Made by a program: the position numbers and the translations under genes. A model generated the notes under the pieces. It ran no database searches and had not been told where the DNA came from. It worked only from the letters and a program-made list of their open reading frames with translations. This document shows, piece by piece, positions 22,801-35,099 of a DNA stretch of 64,000 nt (the stretch's first letter is position 1; every line of letters begins with the position of its first letter). Source of the DNA: Chara braunii. Taxonomy: Eukaryota > Plantae > Charophyceae. The DNA is taken from NCBI GenBank assembly GCA_003427395.1, contig BFEA01000037.1, positions 335,862 to 399,861 on the forward strand, given 5' to 3'.

Positions 22801-24042
22801 AAAAACCGTACCGCTGATGCAGAATTTCGGCAGCACTTCAAAACTACCGCAGTAAAACCCGGACCGCCGCTGCAAAATTTTGGCAGCACTTCCCCACTAT
22901 AGTGGAAAAATTGCAAGCCAAAATTAGTAAAATTTGGGCGCAGGCCCAAATCCCACAGCGCCGCACTGCCTCAGTATTGCAGTACCACTGGGTCTGTCCC
23001 GTGGGACCAGCACCAGCCAGAGGTGAGGGGAGTAGAATGCTCCCTGCCTTGGCTATGGCTGCCCAGTCCTCCTTGCGCTCCTCTGCAGTCCTCCAGCCTC
23101 TCCTCACGTTGCCTCAGGCAGCAGCTCCAGCAGCCAGCACTCAAATGTGCTCGTCACACACTGGCAGCACGAGTGCAATTGTGAGGCACTTGGGGGGCAG
23201 CTGCCTTTTTTATATTGGCTGAGGAGGGCGAGACGTCACTCCAGCCCCCAGGCAAAATCGCGGGCTCACTGTGAGCCCTTGATCTGCCAAGATCCAGGGC
23301 TGACTGTGGCCGCACCACAGCCACAACCTTAGTGTGGGGCAGTTTCTTTAACTGCCCTATTTTCTTTTTCTTTTTCTTTTCCCCAACTATCTCGGAATCT
23401 GGCGAGATAGCTGGGCTCCTGCCATTTCCAAATCAGTTTTTCTTTTATTTTTCTGATAAAGGGTTGAAAAGATACAACCCTTTTCAGTTTGATGTATCTG
23501 GACCCTTTTTTCAGCGCAGATACATCGAGGAAAAGGCTGCATCTAGCCTTTTCCTTAGTGGGCTTTAGTTTGCAGGGAGCCTGACTGTTACCTCTGGCAG
23601 CTTGTGCCAGAGGTAGCACCACGTGAGGACAAGTGTCCTCACTCAAAGTGTCCTCACTCAAAAATAAAGAAAAGAAAAAAAAAAACTAACTTTCTACTTT
23701 TTGCTGCACCTGGCTTCTTCCTTGGCTAGGTGCGTGTTGTTGCATGCAACAGCCCTCCCTTATTTTCCTCTACCCTCCCCTGAAAACGGGGAGGGCAGAT
23801 GGCAGGTTGGGAGGACTAGGACCTCTTCCTCCCAACTACCCCTTTTCTCCCTCTCACTCCCTCAGTCCCATCTCCACGCACGTATGTTGTGGGTCGTGAG
23901 ATCTGAGATCTCACGGCCACAATAGTACTTCCCAAATCAAAAGTGGGAGCTTTTGTACTCCCACACAGTCTGAGAAGACTATACTTTACGAGGCAGTTGC
24001 CTCATTTGCTTTTTTTTTTTTTTTTTCAACCTCCCCCATCTC

Positions 24043-24074
24043 CTGATGAGTCGGTGCAATCCGACAAAACAGCC
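24043..24074 (+). ncRNA. Decayed, truncated hammerhead ribozyme
   Basis: CTGATGA-GTCGG-TGCAAT-CCGAC-AAAA-CAGCC. The core GAAA reads AAAA, and stem I and the cleavage strand are missing. Confidence 0.55.
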
Positions 24075-24360
24075 TGGTGCAGCCCGTTCGTCGAACGAAC
24101 AGGTGCTCAAAAGAAAAGGAAACAAAAAAATCTAACCAAATCTATAAAAAAAAAAACTAAGAGAAAAAAAAAAATCTAAGCAAAAATCTAAAAGAAGAGA
24201 AAACAAAAAAGGAAAATCCCTACCTAAAAGTGGCTGCCCGTTTTCAACGGGCGCCTGTCATTCCTTTGGGGACACTAAGTCCCCTGCCACCTCTGTAGGT
24301 GCCACTTGTCGCGACGTGTAGTTCCTTTAGTTTTAGTTTTTTTTTTTTTTTTTTTTAGAA

Positions 24361-24452
24361 TTCCCGTTGGCTTATGCCAACCATCGTGCTGTGTTTATGG
24401 ACTCGTCCATGAACTGTTGATATGCAGACCCGAGTTCGATCCTTGTCGGGAT
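24361..24452 (+). tRNA. Degenerate tRNA-like sequence
   Basis: TCCCG...CGGGA acceptor-like pairing and a B-box-like GAGTTCGATCC. Anticodon not assignable. Confidence 0.35.
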
Positions 24453-24455
24453 CGG

Positions 24456-24516
24456 AAAAAAAAAATTGGACCATTTTTTGATTTATGCGTATCATCTGTT
24501 GTGCAGAGCCATGCTA
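24456..24516 (-). ncRNA. U6 snRNA 3'-half pseudocopy
   Basis: Reverse complement TAGCATGGCTCTGCACAACAGATGATACGCATAAATCAAAAAATGGTCCAATTTTTT vs plant U6 TAGCATGGCCCCTGCGCAAGGATGACACGCATAAATCGAGAAATGGTCCAAATTTT. Confidence 0.8.
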
Positions 24517-24619
24517 CCACCGCGCGGCCAATCTCGGCCGTGTGATCCTTGTGATCACGCGGTCGAGATCGACCGCGCCTCTTAAAAAACACAGCAGCTC
24601 CAAAAGGAGCTGCGCCCAG

Positions 24620-24690
24620 TAGGGCTTGTCGGATTCGATCCCGGTTTCTGCGGGGTGAAAGTCTGTTGCACTAACCTACAGGGATAGCTC
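24620..24690 (-). tRNA. Degenerate tRNA-like sequence (Glu TTC-like loop)
   Basis: Minus strand ...GGTTAGTGCAACAGACTTTCACCCCGCAGAAACCGGGATCGAATCCG; stems imperfect. Confidence 0.35.
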
Positions 24691-27600
24691 CTGTTCCACA
24701 CTGAACAGGAGCAGCTCTTCAATATGAAAAGCTCGCCCAAGTATTTTCCCTGCCTGCGGCCTTGCGGGCTCCGCCCGTATGCGGCCTAGCAAGCCTGCCC
24801 CGACTATGGCCTAGCAGGGCTGCCCTGCCTGTGGCCTGCCGGCTTACCCGCCCGTGGCCTACCCATACCGGTTAGTCGCGTGACCGCGGCTTGGTCGGCC
24901 ATCGAACCGGGTAAGCCTTGGCATTTGCCTATCGGCCCCCAGGCTCGAAGTCAGACCCCGCGACCCTAGAAAAAATGAAAGCTTCCTACACCTCCTGCGT
25001 CGTGGCCCTATACCCTGGCGCAACCCTCTTTTTAGCCCACTTAGGCCCTGAATCGCGCGGCTTAGCAGCCGCACGACATTACTTTAGGTAGACTAGGTGT
25101 AACTCTAGTCTTTCCATAACTGCACACTACTGCGGCCTTGTCGAAAAACCCGCGGATGACAGTGCTGACTCCCGCTATCCCTCGCGGGCGTCGATGTCGC
25201 CTTGCATTGACGACGTCAGGTTCTAAAAAGGTTTAGGTCTCTCAGTCATAGCACTGGTCTGAATAAACATTTGGCAAACGTAAGTCTCATTAAGTCCTTC
25301 AATTCAACGCAAGAGTCGAACAACGTTCGATGTTCAAAAACACCGGCAAATACACTTGTCAGGGTTTTTGCCCCGACACCGCCACCACATGTCCCGAATT
25401 TCAATTATTTTTATTTGGGCCCATTTAGTCCCTGGCATCGTTCCTAATAACGTCCTATTTTTATTTGGGATTGCCCAGTCCCCGTCAGTCCCAACCTCTC
25501 CTTCCCATGTGCTTCAAGTGCCTTTGTTATTCTCGGTCGTGAGATCCTCATCCTTAGGCTGCTTTCTATCGTCTCCACTTGCTCCAAGGTTGAGACACTT
25601 CTTTCTAGTGTCTCGAGTGCCAAGGCTCATTTTCCCTTGGACTTGGACTTTCCACTGCAATCCGTTATTTCTAGGACTATAGTAATGCCAATGTTCGGGC
25701 CTCTTTGCCCCACAACCTGCCCTAGACTGACACAAAATGAAGCGGTCAATTTCCAAGTGCCTCCGGACTCAATTTTGGCTTCAGATATACTCAAAACCAT
25801 ACTTGCGGCGCATGCCGTGCGCGGCGTCGCGGCACGTGCGGTGCAGAGGGCAGATCGCAGTCGGTGCGCGCACGGTGTCGAGCACATCGGCTCCCGCCTT
25901 TTCGCAAAGGTGCAGGAGCCCTCCCGGCCATGTCACGCAGGAGTTTAACAAAAACAAAATGAGAGACAACTTGGGAACGACGCTCAACTAATCCCGCGAG
26001 TCGCTGAGACGAGCGTGGTCGCGTGGCTCCTTCGCCACTCTAGCCGGGTGCGCCAGCTATACATCCTGCGGTCCCCTACGACAGGATAGGTTCCCGTGGC
26101 GCATAAGCTTTCCTTCCCTAAGGGGTTGTTACCACCCTTAGGGGCGTATCCCTACCGAGCTACTGACCCACATGCGAAAACTTTTAAAAGCAATCGCAGA
26201 AGTAGGTCCAACCGAGGGCGTTTGCTGGCTCGCTGTAGTATAGATACGCTTGGTTAATGCCAAGCGGACCCGAACGTTGTTCGTTCCTAGGGCGCTGATC
26301 TCCTAGGTACGAAGCGGACGTCGATCGACTAGAACTGTCTCAACCAAGTGTGAAACCCAAATATTTATCCTAATCCCTTAAACACACCGTCAAAAGAAAT
26401 AAAATAAAACATCCGCATATATTTACATCATAAAGAATCAACCGTTGACCCTCGCAGTCAAACACCACAAAACAATCATACAACCGCCAACAAGAAGTTG
26501 GCTTACTGAGAATAACAGTGATGCAACCGACAAGGTAGTCGGACTGCCTTAGTTTTGACTTGACGAGACGCGCTGCCAACGTTATTCATTCCACATACCG
26601 CCGACTTAAAATTAGACACACATATCTGTCTTCATCCGTTTTCAATCTTTTCGGATTACAAGCTACTTTGCGAATGATTCTTGATCAGGAGCATTGCTTG
26701 AAGTGTTGCATGCCTCTCCCTCTAGGAAGTGGTCTGAGGTACTCCTCGCCCGAGCACAAAACTCGGATCTCAGAAGTCGGGCCGTCTCCACCGAATCGAC
26801 AAGGTACCCCCCCATGGAACGGTTCACTCTGGGTCGATAACAGGGTCGGCTCCTGAAGCACCGAACCCCCGCCCCAGATGCTTCCTAGAGATAGAAGATG
26901 TGTCCACTGCAACTAGCTTTCATACATTCTTCATTTCTCCTAACTCCAGGGTAACTACCCCAAAAACCGGGGACGCGTGCCAAAGGACTCGCAAGAGCCG
27001 GGTCCCCGACCGAAGGCGTCGAAGGCGTCGTTTGAGTCTTTATAGATAGGCCGAAGGCGCCCGTATCTATTAACTGATTTACTTGGACGAAAAAAAGTCA
27101 GGAAAAGTAAAGACTGAGGATCATTTAGACAGATACAGGCAGATAGGGTCGTTCGGGATAAAACTGGTCAATCCTAGGAAAAAAAAACAAATCCGTTTGA
27201 CCTTGTCTGCTTTCTTTCAATTGTATTCATTCTATGATACATGCTGAACAACCTTTTTCAAAACAACAATTTTCACTTTCACAAGCAGCTAGGTGGAAGG
27301 TAGAAAAAGGATAATCCTTTTCTTTATCTCAAATAGGTATAACCAATCTCCTTTGCAAGCATCCTTCTACCTACCTGCACAACACGCAAAGGAAACACGT
27401 TCAAAAGAAAACAGTACAATCCCATACTCGAGTGAGACTTTTCCATTCACATGCATGACTTGCACAACTTTCCTCTACCTTTTCTTTTGAATATTCAAAA
27501 CGAACAGGGTCAAGCAAAGTGTGGGTTCACACAGGTGTGAAAAGAAGTTTGAGTCATTCAACTGACCTCGAGTGAAGTTTGGTCTGGCCCACTCAAGAAA

Positions 27601-27939
27601 ACCGGGTAATACTCCAATCAGAAGAAAATAATCGCCATTGAATATGAAAACATGCGGTTCACATGAAAATACGCAGCTCACAACTTCACAAGTTGTGTTC
27701 GTTTCACTGAACGACGGTCCACCGCCTTCTCTAAGTGCCTGATCACACCAAGGTTGGGTCCACCGAGATGCCTGAATGAGATAACCCTCAAAGAGGGTGC
27801 TCCCATGATTCAAAACCGCGTCGCCTCAACATCCCGGACAGTCTCAACGCAGTCCCTACTGCACCACGTCCTCCAATGCACCACGTCCTCCAAGGACACT
27901 TCCCCAACCAAATGCAAGTCGATGTCGCCTCAATTCACC

Positions 27940-28130
27940 GAGCCCGCTTACAATAACCATGCCATCATGTCCTATTTTACGTCACTCTCTGGCCAAAATG
28001 TACGCAGCAAAATTCAAACTTGGAACTAGAGCTCAAGTATTCAAGATCGCGGGAAGGGATCTGGGTAAACGTTTAAGTGCGAAACCAGACAAAATTCCGC
28101 TTGGAATCACTGACCAAACTGTAGAAGATT
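27940..28130 (+). pseudogene. Group II intron maturase domain X fragment
   Basis: ILRHSLAKMYAAKFKLGTRAQVFKIAGRDL resembles organellar maturase domain X. Confidence 0.6.
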
Positions 28131-28269
28131 GGGAAAAATCAGTGAGTGGAAAAGGCACTCCCAGGCAACCGTCAGGTGAGTCCCAATCACAACAACCAGT
28201 CCCACCTAGTCCCAAAATGGTCCTAGATGGTCTCAATGCAATCCCATACTATCGTCGCAATGTAAGGTA

Positions 28270-28640
28270 GTTAAGAACTCGAAACCGCTAGCTCCGCATT
28301 GCGCAAAAAAAAATAAAGGTGCCAAAAACTTAAAGTAGTTTCCCCAACCTGAAATCAACGGAACCAAAGCACTGATGAGTCGGTGTACAGCGGAACCTTT
28401 GTGAGATTGTATTACAAAACGAGTTTGCGAAAGAAGTGCTTCCTGTGATTTCTTAGACGGAGCAACTCTGCTGACGAGCCCGTGGGATTCAGACGGGAAG
28501 CGTCTGCTCTTCGAGCCTTTGCCAAGGTGGAGAACGTCATTCCGACTGAAAACCGTTGTGCCGCAAACCCCAAAAAAATAAGGATGTCCTTCCAGCGCAG
28601 ACTGCGAGTACCACAACTCCAATAATTTTTGTCGAGTGCA
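28270..28640 (-). pseudogene. Group II intron RT/maturase fragment (RT7 to thumb region)
   Basis: FLGF, then PSKKSQEALL...IQSHKGSAVHRLISALVPLISGWGNYF, matching the pattern PSKK...LI..LNP.I.GW.NYF. Confidence 0.7.
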
Positions 28641-30346
28641 CTCACTCCGCGATCTCTTCATGCCGCCGGCCCATGCACCACTGTCACTCAATCCCCAACC
28701 ATGCACCAGCACCAGCCTAACCTCTAGGCCATACTGGGTTCCACCATGCCGCCGCGCAAAAACAAAAATAACGGGGACCACTGCTTACTGCGCCGTCAAA
28801 ACCGGTACCATGTCGCCGTGTCAAAAAACATTAGCAGCAGTTCCCCACCGAAGAACCGCCACCGTGCCAAAAACTTGGCAGCGTAACCTCACAAAAAAAA
28901 ACAAATGTCGTCGTTGACATGCCGCTAAACGAACAGCACTTCCCCTTAGGGAGACCTTGATGCCACCATACCACTAGATCGGCAGCACCCTCTCCATCAA
29001 AGTGCCATTGCCGCCACCGCCGTGAAAAACCGGTAGTGCTTCCGTACCACTATCATTAACCCCAGTGCTGCCAAAAATACACTGCTGCCGTCGTGCAACA
29101 CGGGCAGAGTCTCCCCTGCACCGCTAGCCGAAGAACTGTCGCCGCCGTGCAAAACGGGCAGATAGTCCTCTGCACCACAACAAAAATAGTTGTTGCCGCC
29201 GTACTATGCATGCAACACCTTCCTTGCACTTCACATTAAAAAAAACAGCGGTGCCCCGTAGCAAATTCGGTAGCACATTCCCTTAGGAAGGTCTTGATGC
29301 CGCAGTGGCAGTTAGGCAGCACAACCCCACTAAAACAGGTGCCGCTTGTCGTGCCGTCCGGACCCTGACGCAGTCTTACCGCCGTTGCACCAGCCCACAC
29401 ACACAACACACGCATAAGAGTGGGGAAAAAAACTCCCTTCTCACTCTCCATCTTTCTGCAGACCTCCACTCCACCACAACACCTCCACCGGCAGCACCGC
29501 CCCTTTCCAGCAGTATGTAGCAGCCAGCCAGCATTCACTCAAGTGAATGCCCCAGCAGCACTGCCACAAATGTGATGCTGTTGGGTGGAGTGCTGGCTTT
29601 TATAGCCAGCTGAAGGCATGTGGGCAGCTGCTTTGCCCACTGCCAAGCAAAATTCGTCAGGGCTCCTGGCCCTTGATCTAAATCGATGGCCATGAGCTCT
29701 GAGCCTTGGTTTTTCCCTTGGGAACCCAAGGTCATCAATTCCCAGAAGTACCTGGCCGTTTTCCCAAGCCAAGTGCTTCAAGAAATGGTTGTACTCAGCC
29801 ATTTCAGGACGGCATGTTCAACTAAACAGGCGCAGTCCCATCAGCCCCGAGAAGCTTATGGGGGCTGCACCTGTTTCATGGCCGCGATCATATTCGCGGC
29901 CGTCTTCCCCTTCTCTTCTTTTCCTCCCCGCTACTTCTTCTTTCTACCGCTTGTATCTTCCCTGAACCCACGGCCACGTACGTGGCCGTTACTTATTTTA
30001 TTTTTTATTTTTTTTTCCTTTTCCTACCTACCCCCTCGTTTCTCTGTGAGGGCCAGCCCGTTGCTTAGCAACGAACAAGTGGCCCAGGGATCACTTCGGC
30101 CAGACAGGAGTCGAGCTCAACAAGGGTTTCTCCCCCTTACTGCAACACGCACCCGCACCCGGCCGCAAACAGTGCCAGGTTTGAGCGCTGTTGAGTGCTG
30201 AAGCCCGTTCTTGAAACGGACGGGCACAACCACGACGACACCCAGAACTTAAACAGAAGAATTAAAAAAAACACAAGAACAAAAAAAAAAAAAAAACCTT
30301 CCTTGTTCATGGCCACGTCGCAGCAGCCGCCAGGTAAGATGCTCCC

Positions 30347-30407
<61 letters not shown>

Positions 30408-30490
30408 ACCCAACCATCACCTATGGAACCTTCCGAATGCAGCCGCATTGCGCGACAGGTGCTTTCGGCGAATCAGTCCATCCGCAGATG

Positions 30491-30543
30491 GGCTGTCGGG
30501 GCTCAGCCCCCTGATGAGTCAGTGGAAGCCCGACGAAACAGTC
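30491..30543 (+). ncRNA. Type III hammerhead ribozyme, apparently complete
   Basis: GGCTGTC^GGGGC-TCA-GCCCC-CTGATGA-GTCAG-TGGAAGC-CCGAC-GAAA-CAGTC. Intact core, 5-bp stem I, stem II with one mismatch, 6-bp stem III. Predicted cleavage after C30497. Confidence 0.85.
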
Positions 30544-30773
30544 TGCAACATCATACTTCCCCGTTCGTTCGAAGGAACGGGCGCCAAAAAGAAAGAAAAA
30601 GAAGAAAAAAATATATATATATAAATAAAATCTAAGAATAAAATCTAAAGAAAAAAATCTAAAATGAAATCCAAAAAANCCAAAAAAAAAAAAAAAAAAA
30701 ACTTGCCTCTAAAAAAACGGTGCTGTACTCTTGCGACGCGCCACTGGGGCTTGCGGGGCAATAGTCTTGCGGC

Positions 30774-32750
30774 AATAGTCTTAATGAAGGAAATCGAATA
30801 TGAAGTAGACTCATTTGGAATAGAAGTAGGTATAGGGATATAAGTAGATTTATCATGCAAAGTAGAATTATTATCGCCCGCAAAAGTAAAAGGTACATGA
30901 GTAGGATGAACAAAGGCAACATAAAATTGTTCATCCTCCATATGCCTGCGCCCCTTTTTGCAGAACTGTATGGCATTGAGAAAGGTAACCGGGGAGTCGA
31001 GCTTCTCATCCAAGAGGACGGGACGCTCGTTCCCTTGTGCATCTTTGACCATGAAAAGCGGTCCCGTCCACTTGGTCAATTCGCATTGGGATCGCAACCA
31101 GCCCAACCCGAGTATTGCGTCGAAGGGACACTTGTCAAGGACATAGAAGTTCAATGCGTGTGTGATAGTCTTCCCTTTGTGAAATGTAGTGCGCACACCT
31201 TTGACTGTATACATAGATGAAACAACCTTTGTGGTGCCTACTTTACTTCGGCAAGGGCTCTGCAGAGCCACTTGCTTCATCCCCAAACCCACTTTGTGTA
31301 TCCCGTGTGGTGACATGAAACTAGTTGTGGCACCAAAATCAATCAAGACACAGAGATAGCGGTGGTTAATGAGAAGTTTGAAGAAGATGAACTTCACTGT
31401 CCCATGAGCACGCTGTTGTTTTCTCAACCGAATGCTCTAGGTGATAGTGAAAGTCGACCTTCTCTGACTCCTCCCAAGGCTCAACATACAAAACATGACA
31501 TTCATTGCCCTTGGAATCAGTAGAAGATGGGGCTTCAAGAGAGGACTTGCTGTAGAGTGTGTCGATGAACCCTCTACACCCGATTCAGGTTTCCCTGCAG
31601 CCTAAAGCATCTTTGGACCTTGTGCTTAGTTCTCTGGCAATGCAGGCTAAAGCATCTTTGGACCTTGTGCTTAGTTCTCTGGCAATGCAGGCAACCTCCT
31701 TTCTTTATCCTAGCCTTCCGTTCAACCTCACAGATCCCAAGGTCCATTCAAGGTTTAGTATTTGCGTCCTAAAGATTGGTTGGAATTTTTGATCCCTTAG
31801 GGAGTGCATCAAAGTTCGTTACTGAATTCCCGTTTTGGTTTCCCTTAGTATGGGCAGTCCTTTTGAAGGCACCAAATTTTTCATCTTTGTCATTAATCGC
31901 GGATTCTTGGGTGGAAGAGTAGGTTGTATCAGCGTCCTATTCTTAATCGTCGCCAAGAGTGGGGCCATCTGCTTTGGCCTCCCCTTCCACCTCAAGCAAG
32001 TCGAGCGCAAGAAGATGGTTGTTGCCACGAAACCGTCCGCAAACAAAGGTATTTTTGTTGCTTGTTGTGGTAAGGTTTCCGGCCTCGAGACTCACTACAT
32101 CCTTCAGCAAGGAAAACCAGTTAGTGTAACCAAAGAAATCCCTACCTAGACGATTGGTGAAATTGGTGGGAACCGTACGTTCAACAACATCCAAACACAA
32201 TTACGTTGTCAGTTCCAATCCTAGTGTTGCAAAGAGTTTGTTGGCATGCAACTGCAATTTGTGCATGGTGCCCCGTCGCTTGCTGCGCTCAAGTTTGTCT
32301 AGTTGGATCCTTACTCTGGTTGTGGCATGTGGGTCTTTGTACTGCGCTTCTAGTATCTCTTCGAGAGCGGCAGCCCAGGTGACTTTTAGCCACACTGTTA
32401 GATCGATCTTTGCATACCTAATTTGCATAGCTAGTACTTCTAGGAAGCCACTTATGACAGCCTCGACGTCCATCCCTATGATCAAGGATTGGTTCACTCT
32501 TTGAGTGCCCTGTAAGTAAGCTCTCATGGGGCTGATCCAGGACTCGATATCTTGCCATTATATTTGGACGGTATCATCACCGCCTTTTTGTCCATATATG
32601 AACTGCTATAGCTGGGCCATTGCTGGGTCCGATCTCAAGGTTGTACCAATTGAAGAATTTCTTGCGCTGTCGCTTGTAACGGCATCGTAATCTGCACTTG
32701 TTGCAGGTCTTGACCGATTTGCCACCAAACTCAACGAAGAAGAATAAGGA
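30774..32750 (-). mobile_element. Ty3/Gypsy gag-protease remnant
   Basis: Aspartic protease LIDFGATTSF...FDAILGLGWL; decayed Gag-like frames at 31800-32600; truncated at 30774. Confidence 0.8.
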
Positions 32751-34668
32751 AAAAAAGAAGGATGAAAAGGTGCAAAGGTAGAACAGTGTCCGGACATGTG
32801 GTTCCCGAAGCAAATCCCGACCCTCGCAACGTGATATATGGCTAAAGTGTGCACGACAGAGAAATCTGGAAGCAAGAGAGATGGAAAGGATGAAAGAATA
32901 AGGCAAGAGTGTCGGCACCGAGGGCCTTGGAGGATGCGCTAGGCCGTCGGAACCATTGCGCCAGGAATAGAGTAACAGAGTGACAAGCGGCAAAGGGCGA
33001 CAGGAAATTAGTAAGGCGGCCCTCCTTGTCAAAGAAGGACCGTTGAGAAAATAATACTTAGGGGTTGAGCGCCACAGGTAGGAGAGGATCAATGACGCCA
33101 AGAAAAATAATGTCGTGACGACGACACATGGAGGCATAGCATGAGGCTTAGGAGGGCATTTGGATCCAGCGTAAGGAAGGCTAAAGGGCCATGAATCAAG
33201 CAAGGGAATATAGAGGACGGGCTAGCAAGGCCGCCTAGGCAAGTGTCGGGCCACGAACGACCAGAGGTAGATGGTCTTGGGAGCCATGATAAGAAGGACC
33301 AGAGGAGGAATTTCAGGGCTCACTAGGCGTTGAAACTGAGAAGGAATTCAAAGGGGAATGCAACGGCCCACAAGGGAGTGTCGGCCACAAGACACCAGAA
33401 AGGAAGGGCCGAGCGTGGGAGTCATTTGTGACAACTAACGGTGACTGCGAGATTAGAGATCTCGCAACCAGGACGGCCAACACACTTGGGACATAGGAGG
33501 AGGCAAAAAAAGGGGCCGTCGAGGAATGGGAAATGCCAAGAAAAACTGGGATACCATGGGGAAAGGTGTCAGGAACCTTTTGGGACTTAGTAAATAATGA
33601 CATTTTTGGGACAAGTACCGACGGAACCATCGGCGGGACAAGCATTGGTGGGACTATCGGCGGGACAATTGTCGGGGACCTACGTTGTCCCACGACAGAG
33701 TTGTGGAGTGCCAATATTCAAAGCAAGACGCGCCGTCTAGATCAAGATCTAGACGGCCAAGAATATTAGCACCACTAGTGCAAGCACTAGTGGAAGCAAA
33801 CAGGAGAGCCGGAGAGGGAAAAAAAAAGCAAAGAAATGTGGAGGAAGGGGCATTACTACAACCCAGGATATCTCGGATCAACCACCCTGAAGAAAATTGA
33901 GCCTTGGGAGGCTCCATGTGGAAAATAAGCCTCCGAGAGAAAATTGGAGTAGGAGGGGCAATAGTTTGAAGCAAACAACGGCAAAAAGAGGCTCCCGTGG
34001 GTGTGGGAGCACCATGATTGCCGTCCAAGAATTAACGGACTGCACCTTGGGCATGGGCTAGGCTAAAATCAAGATGCAAGGCCTAGAAAAAGCCTCAACA
34101 ACTAGTTGGCACTTGACATGCCAAAAGAAGAACGAAAATGAAAAGAAAAAGCAGAGAAAAAAATCAAGATGTAGGGCCTAGAAAAAGCCTCAACAACTAG
34201 TTAACACTTGACATGCTAGAACAAGAAAGAAAAAGAAAACAAAAAGGAGAGAAAAAGGAGGGAGAATGAGACAAACAGGAGGAGAGGGAGTGAGTGAGTT
34301 GGTCATCGGTAGGGACTGGCAAGTCCCTATTGTTCAGATTTCGAGGGAAGAAAAAAAAAAAAAAAAAAAAAAAAAAAGGTCACTAACTGTAAAAAACGGT
34401 CACTCGAGGGAGGGAAAACACATGTTTGAGCATACTTGCGGCGCATTTGTGCGCTGCACCATACGCTGCGCATGCGCGCTACGCCATGCGCGGATGACTG
34501 GTGCGCGCGCACCGTGCGCATGGCGCATAGGTGCGCTATATGCGCATGCGCGCGCACCTGCGGGCCATACACTAGGGTGGTGTGCCAGATGCACTGCCTT
34601 TCTTTTTTTTTTTTCTTTTTTTTTGGGTGCTTCCACCACCTGTTTGAACTCCAACTCAGCGGAAAGGT

Positions 34669-34727
<59 letters not shown>

Positions 34728-35099
34728 AACAATTTAAACATTATTAGAAATTTCAACAAACAAAATGGTGGTCAGCCCTCCCTCCTTGTCATCTCTCTCT
34801 CTCTCTCTCTTCAAGTCGTCAATGAGCTGCTTCGGCAGAGCGAGCGCCATTGCCCTTGTCACCTGCATCAAGGAGAAGGCCACAACAGGAAATGGTGGTC
34901 AGCCCCTCGAATTCCCTCTCCCCTCGTCCAGCTCCACCACTCTCTCCTCTAATCCCCCTCGGCTATGCAACATTCCAGCGGGCAATTTAAAAAAAAAAGA
35001 AAAAAAACGATGAGCAAATCGGATTGCGGAAACAACATTCCAAAAGGAGGAGGAAAAAAAACAGCAAATGCCAAATTGAGATTTGTAATTTGGAACGGA

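Larger units (their letters stand above)
18900..23300 (-). mobile_element. Unclassified repeat family Y, copy 1
   Basis: Same module order as 25850-29700: structured module A, variable cargo, module B (CCGAG-ACAAAACTCGG), GTGTGGGTTCAC-CAGGTGTGA, C-rich repeats, minus-strand TATAAAA. Boundaries and strand are approximate. Confidence 0.65.
25850..29700 (-). mobile_element. Unclassified repeat family Y, copy 2
   Basis: Homologous modules at 25920-26380, 26745-26855 and 27505-27600; minus-strand TATAAAA at 29598-29604. Confidence 0.65.
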
